The translations under genes and the position numbers were made by a program. This document shows, piece after piece, positions 1-11,625 of a stretch of 64,000 nucleotides of DNA. Every line of letters starts with the position of its first letter. The stretch's first letter is position 1. Source of the DNA: Octopus sinensis (taxonomy: Eukaryota); contig NC_042998.1 in assembly GCF_006345805.1 (NCBI RefSeq), positions 171,306,001 through 171,370,000 on the forward strand, written 5' to 3'. The notes below the pieces were generated by a model. That model was not told where the DNA came from, ran no database searches, and saw only the letters and a program-made list of their open reading frames with translations.

Positions 1-26
1 AGATATTAGATTAAATAATTATAAAA

Positions 27-72
27 TCCATGGACATGCTCGTTTCTGTATTTTGTACATCTTCAGTATGGA
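27..72 (-). ncRNA. Type I minimal hammerhead ribozyme motif (likely in a PLE terminal-repeat remnant)
   Basis: Minus strand reads UCCAUa-CUGAAGA-UGUA(caaaa)UACA-GAAA-CG(agca)UG-UC-cAUGGA. Full core, 4-bp stem II, short stem III, GUC triplet, 5-bp stem I with one A-C mismatch next to the core. Confidence 0.75.
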
Positions 73-1014
73 GTGATGGAAAAGTAATTATTGAATTAAT
101 TAATTATAGTTTATTACCCAAATAAATGTCTTTATTTTAAATAATAAAGATAAGAAAGAGAAAAAAATTAAGAAGAGTCACACATAGTTTTAGCGATAGG
201 AGAAAATTTTTTTAATATTTTAAATCAATTTTCTTTCTTTGCCAAGCCAAAAGCAATTTTAATTCAAATATACAAGGGAAATTTCCATTGATATAGTTTT
301 GATTTAGAATCAGTAATACTTTGTGTGTATTCGGTCTAAACGGGCTAATGAGCTACGTACAGCTGGTATTCCCCTGTAATTTCTAGACCTAATTTGCGGT
401 GGCTATATTACAACACAATTCGTCATGTGAATGACGACCTCTCACTACAGTAGTTGGCCCATTTATATTTCTCTATGCAAGCGTTTGTGTGCGTGTGTGT
501 GTGTGTGTATTTTGGCGATGTATATTGGCGAAGGATGTGAACATAGAGAGAAAGTAAAACAGAATTCAGTACTCTTTAAACAAAGACCTTTGCGATATTT
601 ATTCCGCACCAAGTTACGAACACTCACTTGTCATCTCCAATGAAATTGCACAACACATGGTGATATAACACAAATAGAACCATAAATAGTAATTATAAAA
701 GAAAAAAAATGATCAACTATAGATGACTGAAGAGGTTGAAATATCTACAATGATTTCATCGATTAATAATGAAATAGCTTAAGAGCTAAAACACTATATA
801 AAAATTAACTAATCATTTAAAAAATACTGCTCATTTTAAAGGAAAACAGATCACTCAAATATTGATGTCGCTTGGATTAACACTACCATCGGGTATTTAA
901 ATATCTTTAGCTCTATCAACTCTACTAAGCATCCGAGCCGGGTCTCCGATTGGAAAAGAATTTCCCCCCCTCCTACCAACCACTGCGTCTTTGAAAATGG
1001 TCATGATTCCTGAC

Positions 1015-1044
1015 AGATACAAAGAAGATTTTATGAGAGAGAGG

Positions 1045-1096
<52 letters not shown>

Positions 1097-1111
1097 GAGA
1101 GAGAGAGAGAG
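1015..1111. repeat. (GA)n microsatellite
   Basis: Direct reading. Confidence 0.95.
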
Positions 1112-2253
1112 TACTATCGAAGCATTTACTGTATTGCTAGTTTTGCATTATTGAACTAGGATGAATGACAAGTAAAGTGGATTCGGGCGCGATATTGAAA
1201 ATCGTTTGAATGCTGACAAAATGCTTACGGCGTTTACTTACGGCACTTATGCCATGTTTAGCATTACTTTAGCTAAACAGCAGCTCAAATCCCGCCATGG
1301 TCAACTGTGCATTTGATATTTCTGGGGGCTATGAAATAACGAACTAGTCAAGAATTGGAACCGTTTTAATATTCCTATAAAGCCTCCTAGATGTGAATGG
1401 AATCATAAAAGAATTTTGTACCATTTACTAAGCAAGAACTGCCAAGCTAAATACGACAGAACAACTTTGAATCTATAGATTGAGTCCACCAAATGATGAA
1501 ATGCATTATTGAACCAGATAATAGTTGAACTTCGAACCGAAAGAGATAATTCTGAATACTGAAAATTAGATAAGCTACTTTTAACATAGTTAATGTAGGG
1601 AACATTAAAAAAAACAGGGGAAATATCCATGCAGTGGGGAGAATACAACAATTGCTCAATGGCTAATAATATTTTTATAATTTTAGTGAATACGGAAGAT
1701 AAGTCCATTTCGATAATATTAGATCTCAATTGTGAAGAGTAAACTTCACTGACTCATGGCGAGTAGTGATGAAGAAAAACACTACGCATTACTGAGAAGG
1801 CATTAGAAGACTGAAATATATCCGGTCTTTCGAATTTATTATAAAGATTACTGTATTAATAGTAATTGAACTACTATTGTCTTATCCTTACTGCATAAGT
1901 ATTTCTCTTTGTATATATTTTTTATTGCTCATTAATTAGATTAACTATTTGCATATCCAGCTTTCCCTCTTTCTCTCTTTCAGTTTGAAGTTCAAGTATT
2001 ATCAAGTTCAAAACTGTATTTCATAAATTTGTGTATCACTGAAATAAGTACTGGCAATACGTTGAAGAAGATTCAGCCGACAGCCTTTTAGCAGAACGTG
2101 TCAATTTTTTTCTTTGACGAAGACAAACACACAGTATTTTGTAGGGAAATACAAATAGAGGGTTATAATATTCTGGTCTCTTTCTACGACATTAGAGGGG
2201 TAGATGGAATGAAATAGCTTTAACCTGAATTGGCCTCAGCGAGTAGAAAACTA

Positions 2254-2697
2254 GGATCTTTTCGGTTTGAACGGCAGTTTTTAACATAATTTCTAGGTAA
2301 CTAAAAAATTTTAAACTTCGTATACTGGTAGAATGTGTTTATAAAACATCTTTTTCTCTTGGCTTTATTGAGAAAATTCTATAGTTTGTAAGATATTTGT
2401 TGTTTTTTTCTTCAATTTCTGCAATTTCAACCAATCACTGACGTCCATTGAGGTAAACAACATTCTGTGCCGTATGAATATGTCCCTCGTTTAAGAAACA
2501 GATTGGGTTTATTTACATTTCTGAAGAAAAAAAGATACTCTTCCCCCCACCTCTAACCCTAACCGTAACCCTAACCCTAACTAACCATAACCCTAAAAGA
2601 GATTGAAATGCAATAGATCGATTCTAGGGTCATAATTATGGGTGACAATTTCATATGACACCGCTAGAAAAAACTGCCGTTCGAACCGAGAAGATCC
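2254..2697. mobile_element. Non-autonomous TIR element (MITE), Merlin-like, with internal (TAACCC)n-type repeats
   Basis: TIRs GGATCTTTTCGGTTTGAACGGCAGTTTT and AAAACTGCCGTTCGAACCGAGAAGATCC. Exact 8-bp TSD GAAAACTA at 2246-2253 and 2698-2705. Imperfect CTAACC repeats ~2553-2596. GG termini with an 8-bp TSD fit Merlin; superfamily not verified. Confidence 0.85.
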
Positions 2698-3431
2698 GAA
2701 AACTATGAGAGGAGTTTACAACTTGATTTACGACGCTCGTTACAAGTTCATACGAAATCAATGTAAAGTTAAATAATGCATGATACGCCTTCTCTGTATT
2801 GGCGAAAATGTAATCTCCGAAGACAAACAAATGAAATGAATGAAAAATTATACAATAAATTTTATCTCTGTGATTTTGAAAGGATTCAGAATTTGTTGGA
2901 AAATCGATGCGTTTCGTTAACATAGTTTAAGAGGTAAATATGGTAGAGCATAACGCTTGCCTATTATAATTTCAGAAGCACACGGTTTACATATAATAAA
3001 ATATTTGTTCATGTCGACAAGCATTCAGAATTTTGACTTAGTGAATTGCAATTTTGAATGAAATCGTATATAGCATTTTTATCTTAGGAAGCAAAAAGTA
3101 AACTAGAGAATTCTTGTTTTTCTGCACGAAGTGGCGATATAATAGCATCGACAACAATAGCGAATCAGATTCGTTTGACACGATATTTGAAAAACAAAGG
3201 AAAATATATAGCACTGTCTTCAATCCTCTTGTTCATGTTCCATCTAAATACTTTCCAGTTTTCAACGACGCACATACAAATCCCTAACCCACCACACATA
3301 CTACTTAATAGCTTTGTGTACCCATGGATGCTAAGTATGTTCTACATGAAGTATGATATAGACGATATAATCATGATGATGAGGATATTATAAACAACAA
3401 CTGTTTACTTCGAAGTATCACTGATAATGGC

Positions 3432-3795
3432 CTCTCTCTCTCCCCTTCCCCTTCCTCTCTATCTTTCTCCTTTCTCTCTCTCTTCCTCATTTCTCTCTCT
3501 GTGTCCTTTTCTTTCTCTCTCTCTCTTTCTCCTTTCTCTCTCTCTCTTCTCCTTTCTCTCTCTCTTTCTCCTTTCTCTTTCTCTCTTTCTCCTTTCTCTC
3601 TCTCTCTTTCTCCTTTCTCTCTCTCTCTTTCTCCTTTCTCTCTCTCTCTTTCTCCTTTCTCCCTCTCTCTCTCTCTTTCTCCTTTCTCTCTCTCTCTTTC
3701 TCCTTTCTCTCTCTCTCTTTCTCCTTTCTCTCTCTCTCTTTCTCCTTTCCTCTCTCTCTCTTTCTCCTTTCTCTCTCTCTCTCTCTTTCTCTCTC
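3432..3795. repeat. Polypyrimidine compound repeat (CT-rich, ~21-bp period)
   Basis: Repeated TCTCTCTCTCTTTCTCCTTTC units, which generate the spurious LSLSLFL and ERERRKR ORFs. Confidence 0.95.
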
Positions 3796-3819
3796 ACACA
3801 CACACAGCTTTTATCGTTC

Positions 3820-4198
3820 CTTTTTTACTATTTTCGGTCATTGGTTTGAGAGTATGCCGCGGCACCGTCTAGAAATGTTTTGGTTAAACAAATCGATCCC
3901 AGTACTTATTTTGTTAGCCCTATACTTATTCTAACGGACTCTTTTGCTGAATCGCTTATATACGAGGACGTAAACAAACCAACATCGGTTGTCATCAGGT
4001 GGCGGTGGGGGACAATCATGAACACACACACACACACACACACGACAGGTTTCTTTTGGTCTCCCCTAGAAAATCCACTCACAAGGCTTAGGTCGTCCCG
4101 GAGATTTAATAGAAGAGACTTGGTCATGGTGCCACGCAGTGGGTATGAATCTGGAACCATATGGTTGGAAAGCAAACCTCTTATCCCTCAACCGCGCT
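3820..4198 (-). mobile_element. tRNA-derived SINE, family B (diverged copy)
   Basis: Reverse complement matches the 32682-33088 copy (head, internal (TG)n, AATAAGTACT segment, tail). Confidence 0.85.
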
Positions 4199-4984
4199 TA
4201 GATACATACATACATACACACACGCGCGCATATACACGCGCATATATATAAATAGAAAGCCAGAAAAACAGAAAGAGGTGTACATAATGTATTTATATGG
4301 AAAGTTGCTTATGCAAATCGCATAATGTAATCATGTCTTATCTGCATTGTTCTTACAGATAATTGATGACTGGTTGATATAACTGCACATTATGCAAAAA
4401 AAAAATACTAAGTCGTTGTTGTAGCTACACATAAAACAAAGGAAACTGTCAGCGAGCATCGATATTGATAGCTCCGTGAAACGAAGTCACGATATTCCAT
4501 CAGAAGAATCGGGTGCACCCTCCTTACCCACAGAGTTTATACAGTTTCACACACGGATTTTATACAGTTTATTGAAACTAAATGTTTATCTTATAACTCG
4601 AAGTTCACGCCATCGCGATCATTCAGGCGAGAACTATAACAGCTTGGGCTGTTTGTAAATTAATATTCATCGGTGTTGGTGTTGTTCCTTGTCCATATCT
4701 GTTCATTGGTTTGCTCTTTACATCCGTTGGCTGGATGTTATTTTTGTGTCCTTTCATTGGTTAGTATTTGTGGCTTGGTGTTTACTTTCTTTGTACTTGT
4801 TGATGAGCAGTCCGCTTTTGTAGATTGTTATCTTTTCTTTGTTATTTATTTACGGAATTTATCAGTTAATCAATTAACGCTGTTTTTGGTCAACACTGTT
4901 TCGATGTGTGTCGTGTTTGCAAATATTAATGGTATGTACATTATTTACATTTGACTGATATTTGTCCTCATCTTGTTTGTTGTT

Positions 4985-5030
4985 AACACAACGTTTCGGC
5001 AGATATACCCTCCAGCCTTCATCAGGTGTC
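4985..5030 (-). ncRNA. Type I minimal hammerhead ribozyme motif (PLE-type)
   Basis: Minus strand GACAC-CUGAUGA-a-GGCUG(gaggguauau)CUGCC-GAA-ACGU-U-GUGUU. 5-bp stem I, stem II with one U-U mismatch, palindromic ACGU stem III. Lies downstream of a minus-strand PLE fragment. Confidence 0.75.
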
Positions 5031-5744
5031 TTGGGGAAATTTCGAACCTGGGTGGTTTATTAAGTTTGCCCGTTAAGCTAATCAAAGGTTCTTGTTTATT
5101 TTATTGGAGAATCTGGGACGACTTGTTGTTCAGATTTTTGTTTCTTTGTTTATGTGTGTATATGTATGTTAGTCTGTGTCGTGGTCAAGACTTGTTTTTA
5201 CCTTGTGCTTTGATATATGTAGTTCAGTGTGCTTGTTTGTTGTATATGAGGCAAGGCTTGGTCTTAATTTGTCTTTGTGTATGTGTGGTGTGAGATGTGT
5301 TTAATTTGGGTTGGCTCTTTGTGGTTCTGTTCTTGCAGATCTCAACTATTTTATGAAGATGATTAAGAGTGCCCTATATAGTAAATGTTTTACCATGCTT
5401 GAATGGCTTTTGCTATTGAGTTTTGAAATTTGTTTTGGATAAGAATAAAGAGCTTCAATGCTTCTTTATGGGTGAAGTTGTTTGCTTTGGTTTATTGAAT
5501 TTGTTTATTAAATAATTTAAAGAAATTTGATTGTTTCTTTGGAGAAAACGGAAACTGGTTTTTAATTATAAACCGAGCAACGGCGGCGTCAGCAGCGGAA
5601 CAGCGCGCGACTGATGAAGCCGGCTGCGACGACCGGAGGCGCTGATGAAGCCGGTCGCGACGACCGGAGGCGCTAGCCGCCGGCAGACGCAGGAGAGGAA
5701 GGAAGACTAAGCGAAAGTGAGGATCGTGGTGTGTTTTGTCCAAA

Positions 5745-6570
5745 ACGTTTTAAAATTCTCTTTCATGTCTATTTGGGGCGTTCGTTATATTTAACTTAGA
5801 TCGGCTGTTTATAGTTCAACTAAGTTTTTGTGTCTGTGTCTATATGTATATGGTATGTTTAATTTGGACAGATGTTTGTTTTTAGAATCTTGTCGATGTA
5901 AACATTTTGCATGCGCGCGTGTGCGTTTGTATTTAGGGCGCATACGTGCGTAATTTGGTGTTTATCTTATCATGTTTGTTGTTCTGGACATTTTTTTTAA
6001 GGTGATATATAGCACGATATCATTTAATTTCAATTTTAAAGCGAATGTGTGTTTTGTATGATCATGTAGTATTTTTTGTGGTACTTAGGGTAAAATTCCG
6101 GAAAAATTCATGTATGATTGTGTGCTGTCTATTTCTCGCTGTATACTTGCGGTTATATTGTTTTATTATAACTCGCAGATATTTTTAGACAAAGAAGTTG
6201 CATATATTTTGTAATATATGTGTTGTGTATATCTGCCTTTGAAGGCTCCACTAGTAGCATCGATGTCAATTTTTCGGTAATACTGTTGTTCGGTTGACGA
6301 TATTAGTTTTTGGGCAGTTTCCATGTAACAAGGATATTCTTGTTCTGATGCAGTTGCATTAATTGCGACTATGTGCAGCGTGTTCCTTAGTAAGTTTTAT
6401 GCTTTTTTGTGCAGCCTTAGCTAGCTAACTTTTGCATTGTTTCTGCAGAACAGTTTATCATATTTATGTTTTGTTGAGAAGTGCTTGCTAATTACTACTG
6501 GGAAATATGTGCGACATTTACTACGTTTAGACTTAAGAGTAGGTTGAATCAAATTATGCCTCTTTTTCAT
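5745..6570 (-). mobile_element. Degraded Penelope-like element, RT-endonuclease linker and GIY-YIG region (Neptune-type)
   Basis: Minus-strand remnants KRGIIxFN..., CNC.......GNC..TNIV, FKGRYTTH, with many stops and frameshifts. Confidence 0.6.
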
Positions 6571-6679
6571 TGTTCATTTGTGGCGTCCTGTGTGTGTGCA
6601 TGTGTGTGTGCGTGTGCGTGTGAGTGTGTGTGCGTGAGCGCGTGTGTGTCTATATACTGTAAGATAAGTAATAGTCCAA

Positions 6680-7030
6680 GATTTGGTAGTTCGAGGTCTT
6701 CGGAGAGAGGTAGAGGAAGATGATGTATTTGGAGGAGTGAGGGAAAGATAATTTTAGGTGGAGTAAATAGAAGACTTTGTTGTTCATAATCAGGTGAGTC
6801 GAGTGAATGGTGGGCAAGCAAAACGTGTAGTCTGGGTAGCTGAGATGAACTACCGATAACGGTTGAGGGATTGAAGAGGAATAGGATGTGGGAATAGTAA
6901 GGTGATGTATAGAGTCTATGTTGGATTGGAGGTCATTGATTTTAGAGATGAAGAGGAAGAATTAATCAACGGCTTTAGTTTTAGCTTTTAGTATCTGGGG
7001 CAAGTGTAAAGGGTGATGGTGTATCGAGTG
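6680..7030 (-). mobile_element. Possible degraded PLE linker fragment
   Basis: Translation (...KIIFPS...PNL) and composition resemble the linker at 14240-14490. Confidence 0.35.
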
Positions 7031-9509
7031 GTCACGGTACTTCCTGCCAAAAGTCTGGTTCGAATACCTTCAACAAAGCGCCCATGAACCATGTAACGTG
7101 TCCAACCGGGCGTCGTCATGTGCTTACTACATAAATACAAATTTTTTTAATGGGAGTTTGATGGATTGGGTGGGACGAAGTATGACTGATTTTATTTTAT
7201 GGATTCAGAAATGCGGGAAGACGAAAACTAAAGATGATCTCATTGGGACTTGAACTAAATATGGCAAAATATTTAATACGTCACTTTACAATTCCTGCCG
7301 AGCACACCCTCACTAATCTTCGCTCTAACTCCCTAAAATCTTACAACGCAATCTTTATAGTATTTATAATCACATAGAAATAGTGTCATAACTGAACGAA
7401 AAGTCGAAGGTTCGTACTTCGTTACTGGCAATGCAGTATGTTCACACCTAAATCACTTTCTAGCTAAATAGCTGTAATACATTTAAGTAGGCTCAACCAA
7501 TTCCATTCCATTCTGTGCAAAAAGTTGCTTCATAGTTATTCCAACACGTATATTACAAAATGTCTACAAAATAAATACAACTTCTCTGTCTAAAAACTTC
7601 TGTGAAACAAAATTGCAATCACGAAACGAAATTGCAACCACAGTTCAAATTTATAACATAACCATAATGAGACATGTTCTCGCAGCCAGAAATAAATCAC
7701 ATATTTTAAGTTCTTCTCATTTATCAATGTTTGAAATGACAGAAAATATATATTTTTTTTATTTCTTTGGAACTTTTCCGATTTCTTACAGCAGTTTCCT
7801 TGTAGGGGAATCTTCACTTTCATTTGATTCATGTAAAAATCAAATAACACGACCTGTTGGAGACAGCTTTCGTGATTATTTTTTATTCCAGCTAAACATT
7901 TATTAATACTTTTTCTCCTCTCCTATATCTGCCAAAGGTTTAAAGATTCTTAATCATTCTTCATTGTCAAAGATCTGATAAAATATGCTTGGCCTGAATT
8001 TTTGAAAATATTTTTTCTTTTATTAGTTTTATTGTCACCTATTTATTGATCATTTTATAATATTGAAAATAAATAAATTTGAATATTTGTATTAAGTCTT
8101 ATCTCGCAGTGATTCTCAAAAGTTCTCTTATCTGTAATCTTAATTAGTCATACATTTCTCTTCCAATGAAGAAAAAACATACTCTCCACTTTTCAATTAT
8201 GTTCATTTTATTTTTCTTTCATTATTTCTTATTTCGTAGTTCTTCAATCATTAATATTAAATAACACTAGGTGTTGAGAATAATTGGGAAGTATTTCATC
8301 ATAATATTCACTTTGATTTTTATCTCTCTAGAGATACGCGCAAGTAATAATTGAAAGAGGGTTATTTAATTAAATGTTGGTAGCACATAAGTTAACATAT
8401 AATTATTCAATAAACACAATGTATGGCGATGTGTTTGCATCACTTCAAGGTTTTAAAAGAAGTTTAAATGAAAGGTTTCGACTTCACACCTCTTACAGCT
8501 CGGAACTCAAAGTTGTTTCAAAGAGTCAACCGCAGGAAGCTAATAAAATACCTCATTCCATAGATCAGTTTGTGATGAACTCCATCTAACTTTAAGCAGC
8601 GTAAACATTGTCAGTAAACGTTTGTGAGAGGATAACTGGCGCTTCGCTGGTGTAGCTCTTTCAGAAACACTATAGACAATAACCGGTTAGCAATGAAGAG
8701 TTATTCTAGTAGGGTGCAGCGAATAGATAAATAGACATCAGGAGTAGTGGTAATTCCTGGAGCAGTTGCCACTATGTCTGGTTCGTAATTCCATTTTTAT
8801 CTTAAAGTTTGCAACTGGTATCCCCCTTCTGCTAATATAGTATTCAAGCAGTAAGAGGATCTTAACGTTTCATCAATTTTTACACTGGTCCTTCACAAAA
8901 AACTAACATAAGTCAACGAACTCTCTACAGTGAGCAAACTCATTATACAATACGACACACAAAGACATTTTAAACACTAATAAACATTTAAATCTAACGC
9001 TTATTTCAGCCACTTCTTAAATTGAAAACATTACATATTCATGCACGAGACGCATATTTTACTTTCTATTCTTTCTCCTGAATAGGATACTACTTCGAAT
9101 TTTTACTTAAGTTAAGGAGCTTTGACCTTACAAAACAAATTCTCCTTTTTACCAAACTTAACTCAGATTTTAGAAACAAACACTTGGCTAACTTGTCTAA
9201 GAGCTGAGAAGATGCGCCGTATATGACTACTGGAGCCGTTAAAAATGACAACCAAATCTCCCTCATATTTAAAAACTTCTCTGGGTGTTCTTGCTTCACA
9301 TGCTCTACTCCAGTTAGAAAAGAAACCCAGATTTATGAACCTTTAGTTATATATAGAAATCACCAGACTGGGCCGATATTTCTGTTATAACCCTTCTCTT
9401 TAATTTGTCACTTGTGTCACAGTGAGAAAAACCAATGTTTGCTTTTCAAGACTGATATAGAAGAAAGCACACTACGCATTTTCAAACGACAATATTGACT
9501 CTAACCGCA

Positions 9510-10045
9510 ATAGATTACTTGTACGTATTTCATCGACACCCCACTCCGAAAGCATGAAAAGCAAAGTCGACCTAGGCGGAATTTGAACTCAGATCGTTGA
9601 GAATTTTGCCCGGCATGTTAACGATTCTTCCAGATCGCTGCCTTATCTCAAATTTTGGCACAGGGCCAGCAATTTCAATAGAAGGAGCTAGTCGATTACA
9701 TCGACCCCCAGGTTTTAACTGTTAGTCATTTTATCGACCTCGGAAGGATGAAAAGCAAAGGCGACCTCGATGGAATTTGAACTTAGAACATAAAAGCGGA
9801 GGAAATGGCGCTAAGCATTTTGCCCAGTGTGCTAACGATTCAAACGAGCTCGCCTCTTTAATCTTACAATAGAATACTGATTTCAAATTTTGACACTAGG
9901 CCAGCTAGTTCGGGGGAGGGGTAAGTCGATTACACCCGCCCCAGTCCTGGACTGGTATTTATTTGATCTAACTCGTAAGGATGAGAAGCAAAGTCGACCT
10001 CGGGAGAATTAGAATCCAGAACGTGAACACAGGTGAAACGTCACT
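9510..10045 (-). mobile_element. Head-to-tail cluster of three family A SINE copies
   Basis: Three copies of GCAAAGTCGACCTCGGCGGAATTTGAACTCAGA-like cores at ~9560, ~9755 and ~9988. Confidence 0.85.
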
Positions 10046-10466
10046 AATCTCACAGTAAAATATTCACTTGATTGTATCTACTGTTGAGCGTAATTATTTA
10101 TTTGGCGCCAGCAGATCAATCATCAATGCATTGCAATGTATAAAGAATCTAATATTGTGTTCTTTGAATCGTGAGAACATAAAGAATTCTTATGAAACAC
10201 TTATTTCTAATTTCCTTTATATAAGAACTTACATTGGAGTAATTCATTTTCTCAAATCCAATGCAGAGACATAACTCTTCTCTTTTAAACTCTAGAATAA
10301 GAAAACGGGTTTGTTTGTAGTTCTCTTGCTTTCGAGTTCGACACATATATTCAAACGAAATATCGAATACTTATTGTACCGTGGTTTTCAATTTATCTCT
10401 TCAAGATTCATTCGTATTAGTTACCTTTCTTCAATATAAATCGAACTTTAATGTCATGTGTCTTTA

Positions 10467-11040
10467 GACGATGGTGAGATGGCAAAATCATTAGCACGCC
10501 GGGCGAAATGCTTAGCGATCTGCCGTTACGTTCTGAGTTCAAATTTCGCTGGGGTCGACTTTGCCTTTCATCTTTTCGGGATCGATAAATTAAGGACCAG
10601 TTACGCACTGGGGTCGATGTAATCGACTTAATCCGTTTGTCCTCTCTGTGTTTATCCCCTTGTGGGTAGTAAAGAAATAGGTATTTCGTCTGTCTTTACG
10701 TTCTGAGTTAAAATCCACCGACGTCGATTTTGACTTTCATCCTTTCGAGGTCGATAAATTAATTACCAGTTGCGTATTGGGGTCGATCTAATCGACTGCC
10801 CCCCTCCCCCAAAATTTCAGGCCTTGTGCCTAGAGTAGAAAACAATCATTAGCACGCTGGGCGAAATTCTTAGCAGCATTTCGTCCATCTTTACGTTCTG
10901 AGTTCAAATTTCGCTGGGGTCGACTTTGCCTTTCATCCGTTCGAGGTCGATAAAATAAGTACCACTTGAGTACTGGGGAAGATTTAATTGACTTGGCCCC
11001 TCTGCCAAACTGCTGGCCTTGTGCCAATATTTGAAACCAG
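10467..11040 (+). mobile_element. Trimeric family A SINE array with three different 3' tails
   Basis: Three bodies (TTACGTTCTGAGTT(C/A)AAAT...GTCGACTTTG...TTTCATCC...GTCGATAAA). Tails: TGTGGGTAGTAAAGAAATA, GGCCTTGTGCCTAGAGTAGAAAA, GGCCTTGTGCCAATATTTGAAACC. Confidence 0.9.
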
Positions 11041-11255
11041 TATCATGCATCTTCATGTATTTGATTATCAGTGAATTCGAAATTTAAATAGTTGTCTCGA
11101 TTCTATATACCAAGAGCAGTCATATTCTTTCTATATAGAATCTGTCATCAAAATTTGACACCCATCAAGAACTGTTTCTATTCTTTTACAGACAGTATTG
11201 CAGAAAACAAACTAGCTCGTTAAGAAAATCTCTTCGCAATATTTATACTGAGAAA

Positions 11256-11444
11256 GGCGGCGAGCTGGCAGAAACGTTAGCACACCGGGCAAAATGCTTA
11301 GCGGTATTTCATCTATCTTTATGTTCTGGGTTCAAATTTATCCTTTCGGGGTCGATAAATTAAATACCAGTTGCGTACTGGGTAAGTTTTAATTGACTGA
11401 CCCCGCTCCCCATAATTTCGGGCCTTGTGCTTAGAGTAGAAAAG
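11256..11444 (+). mobile_element. Family A tRNA-derived SINE with 18-bp TSD
   Basis: Head GGCGGCGAGCTGGCAGAAACGTTAG (A-box-like) and GGGTTCAAAT (B-box-like). TSD AATATTTATACTGAGAAA at 11238-11255 and 11445-11462. Internal deletion in the body. Confidence 0.9.
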
Positions 11445-11578
11445 AATATTTATACTGAGAAAATCTCTTAGCAATATTTATACTGAAAAGTACACTGCTA
11501 GTTGCAAAACCAGTGGCTATGTAACACTGTTATATTGCAAGCTGGAGTAGACTGCCATTATGTCTAGCAGACAAGTGT

Positions 11579-11625
11579 CCATCACTGAGGATGACCAAAA
11601 TAAGATCGAAATCACGTGAAATGGC
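11579..11625 (+). ncRNA. Degenerate type I hammerhead-like motif
   Basis: CCAUCA-CUGAGGA-u-GACC(aaaauaa)GAUC-GAAA-UCACGUGA-AAUGG. Core intact and stem III is a perfect palindrome, but the NUH triplet and stem I junction are damaged. Confidence 0.5.

Noticed and set aside
720-750. CTGAAGA-GGTT-GAAA hammerhead-like core
   Set aside because: No stem II and no convincing stem I.
1787-1825. CTGAGAA-GGC...GAAATATATC hammerhead-like string
   Set aside because: Core altered and stem I does not pair. Possibly a fossil, but not supportable.
2553-2596. True telomere or chromosome fusion site
   Set aside because: Short, imperfect and enclosed in a TIR element with a TSD.
3427-3872. Long ORFs on both strands (LSLSLF..., ERERRK...)
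   Set aside because: Translations of a CT repeat. The same applies to all YI, MYVC, HTYI, poly-I and poly-S ORFs in the track.
9510-11040. Repeat-spacer-like periodicity suggesting a CRISPR array
   Set aside because: The units are SINE bodies with Pol III boxes in a eukaryotic context. No cas genes.
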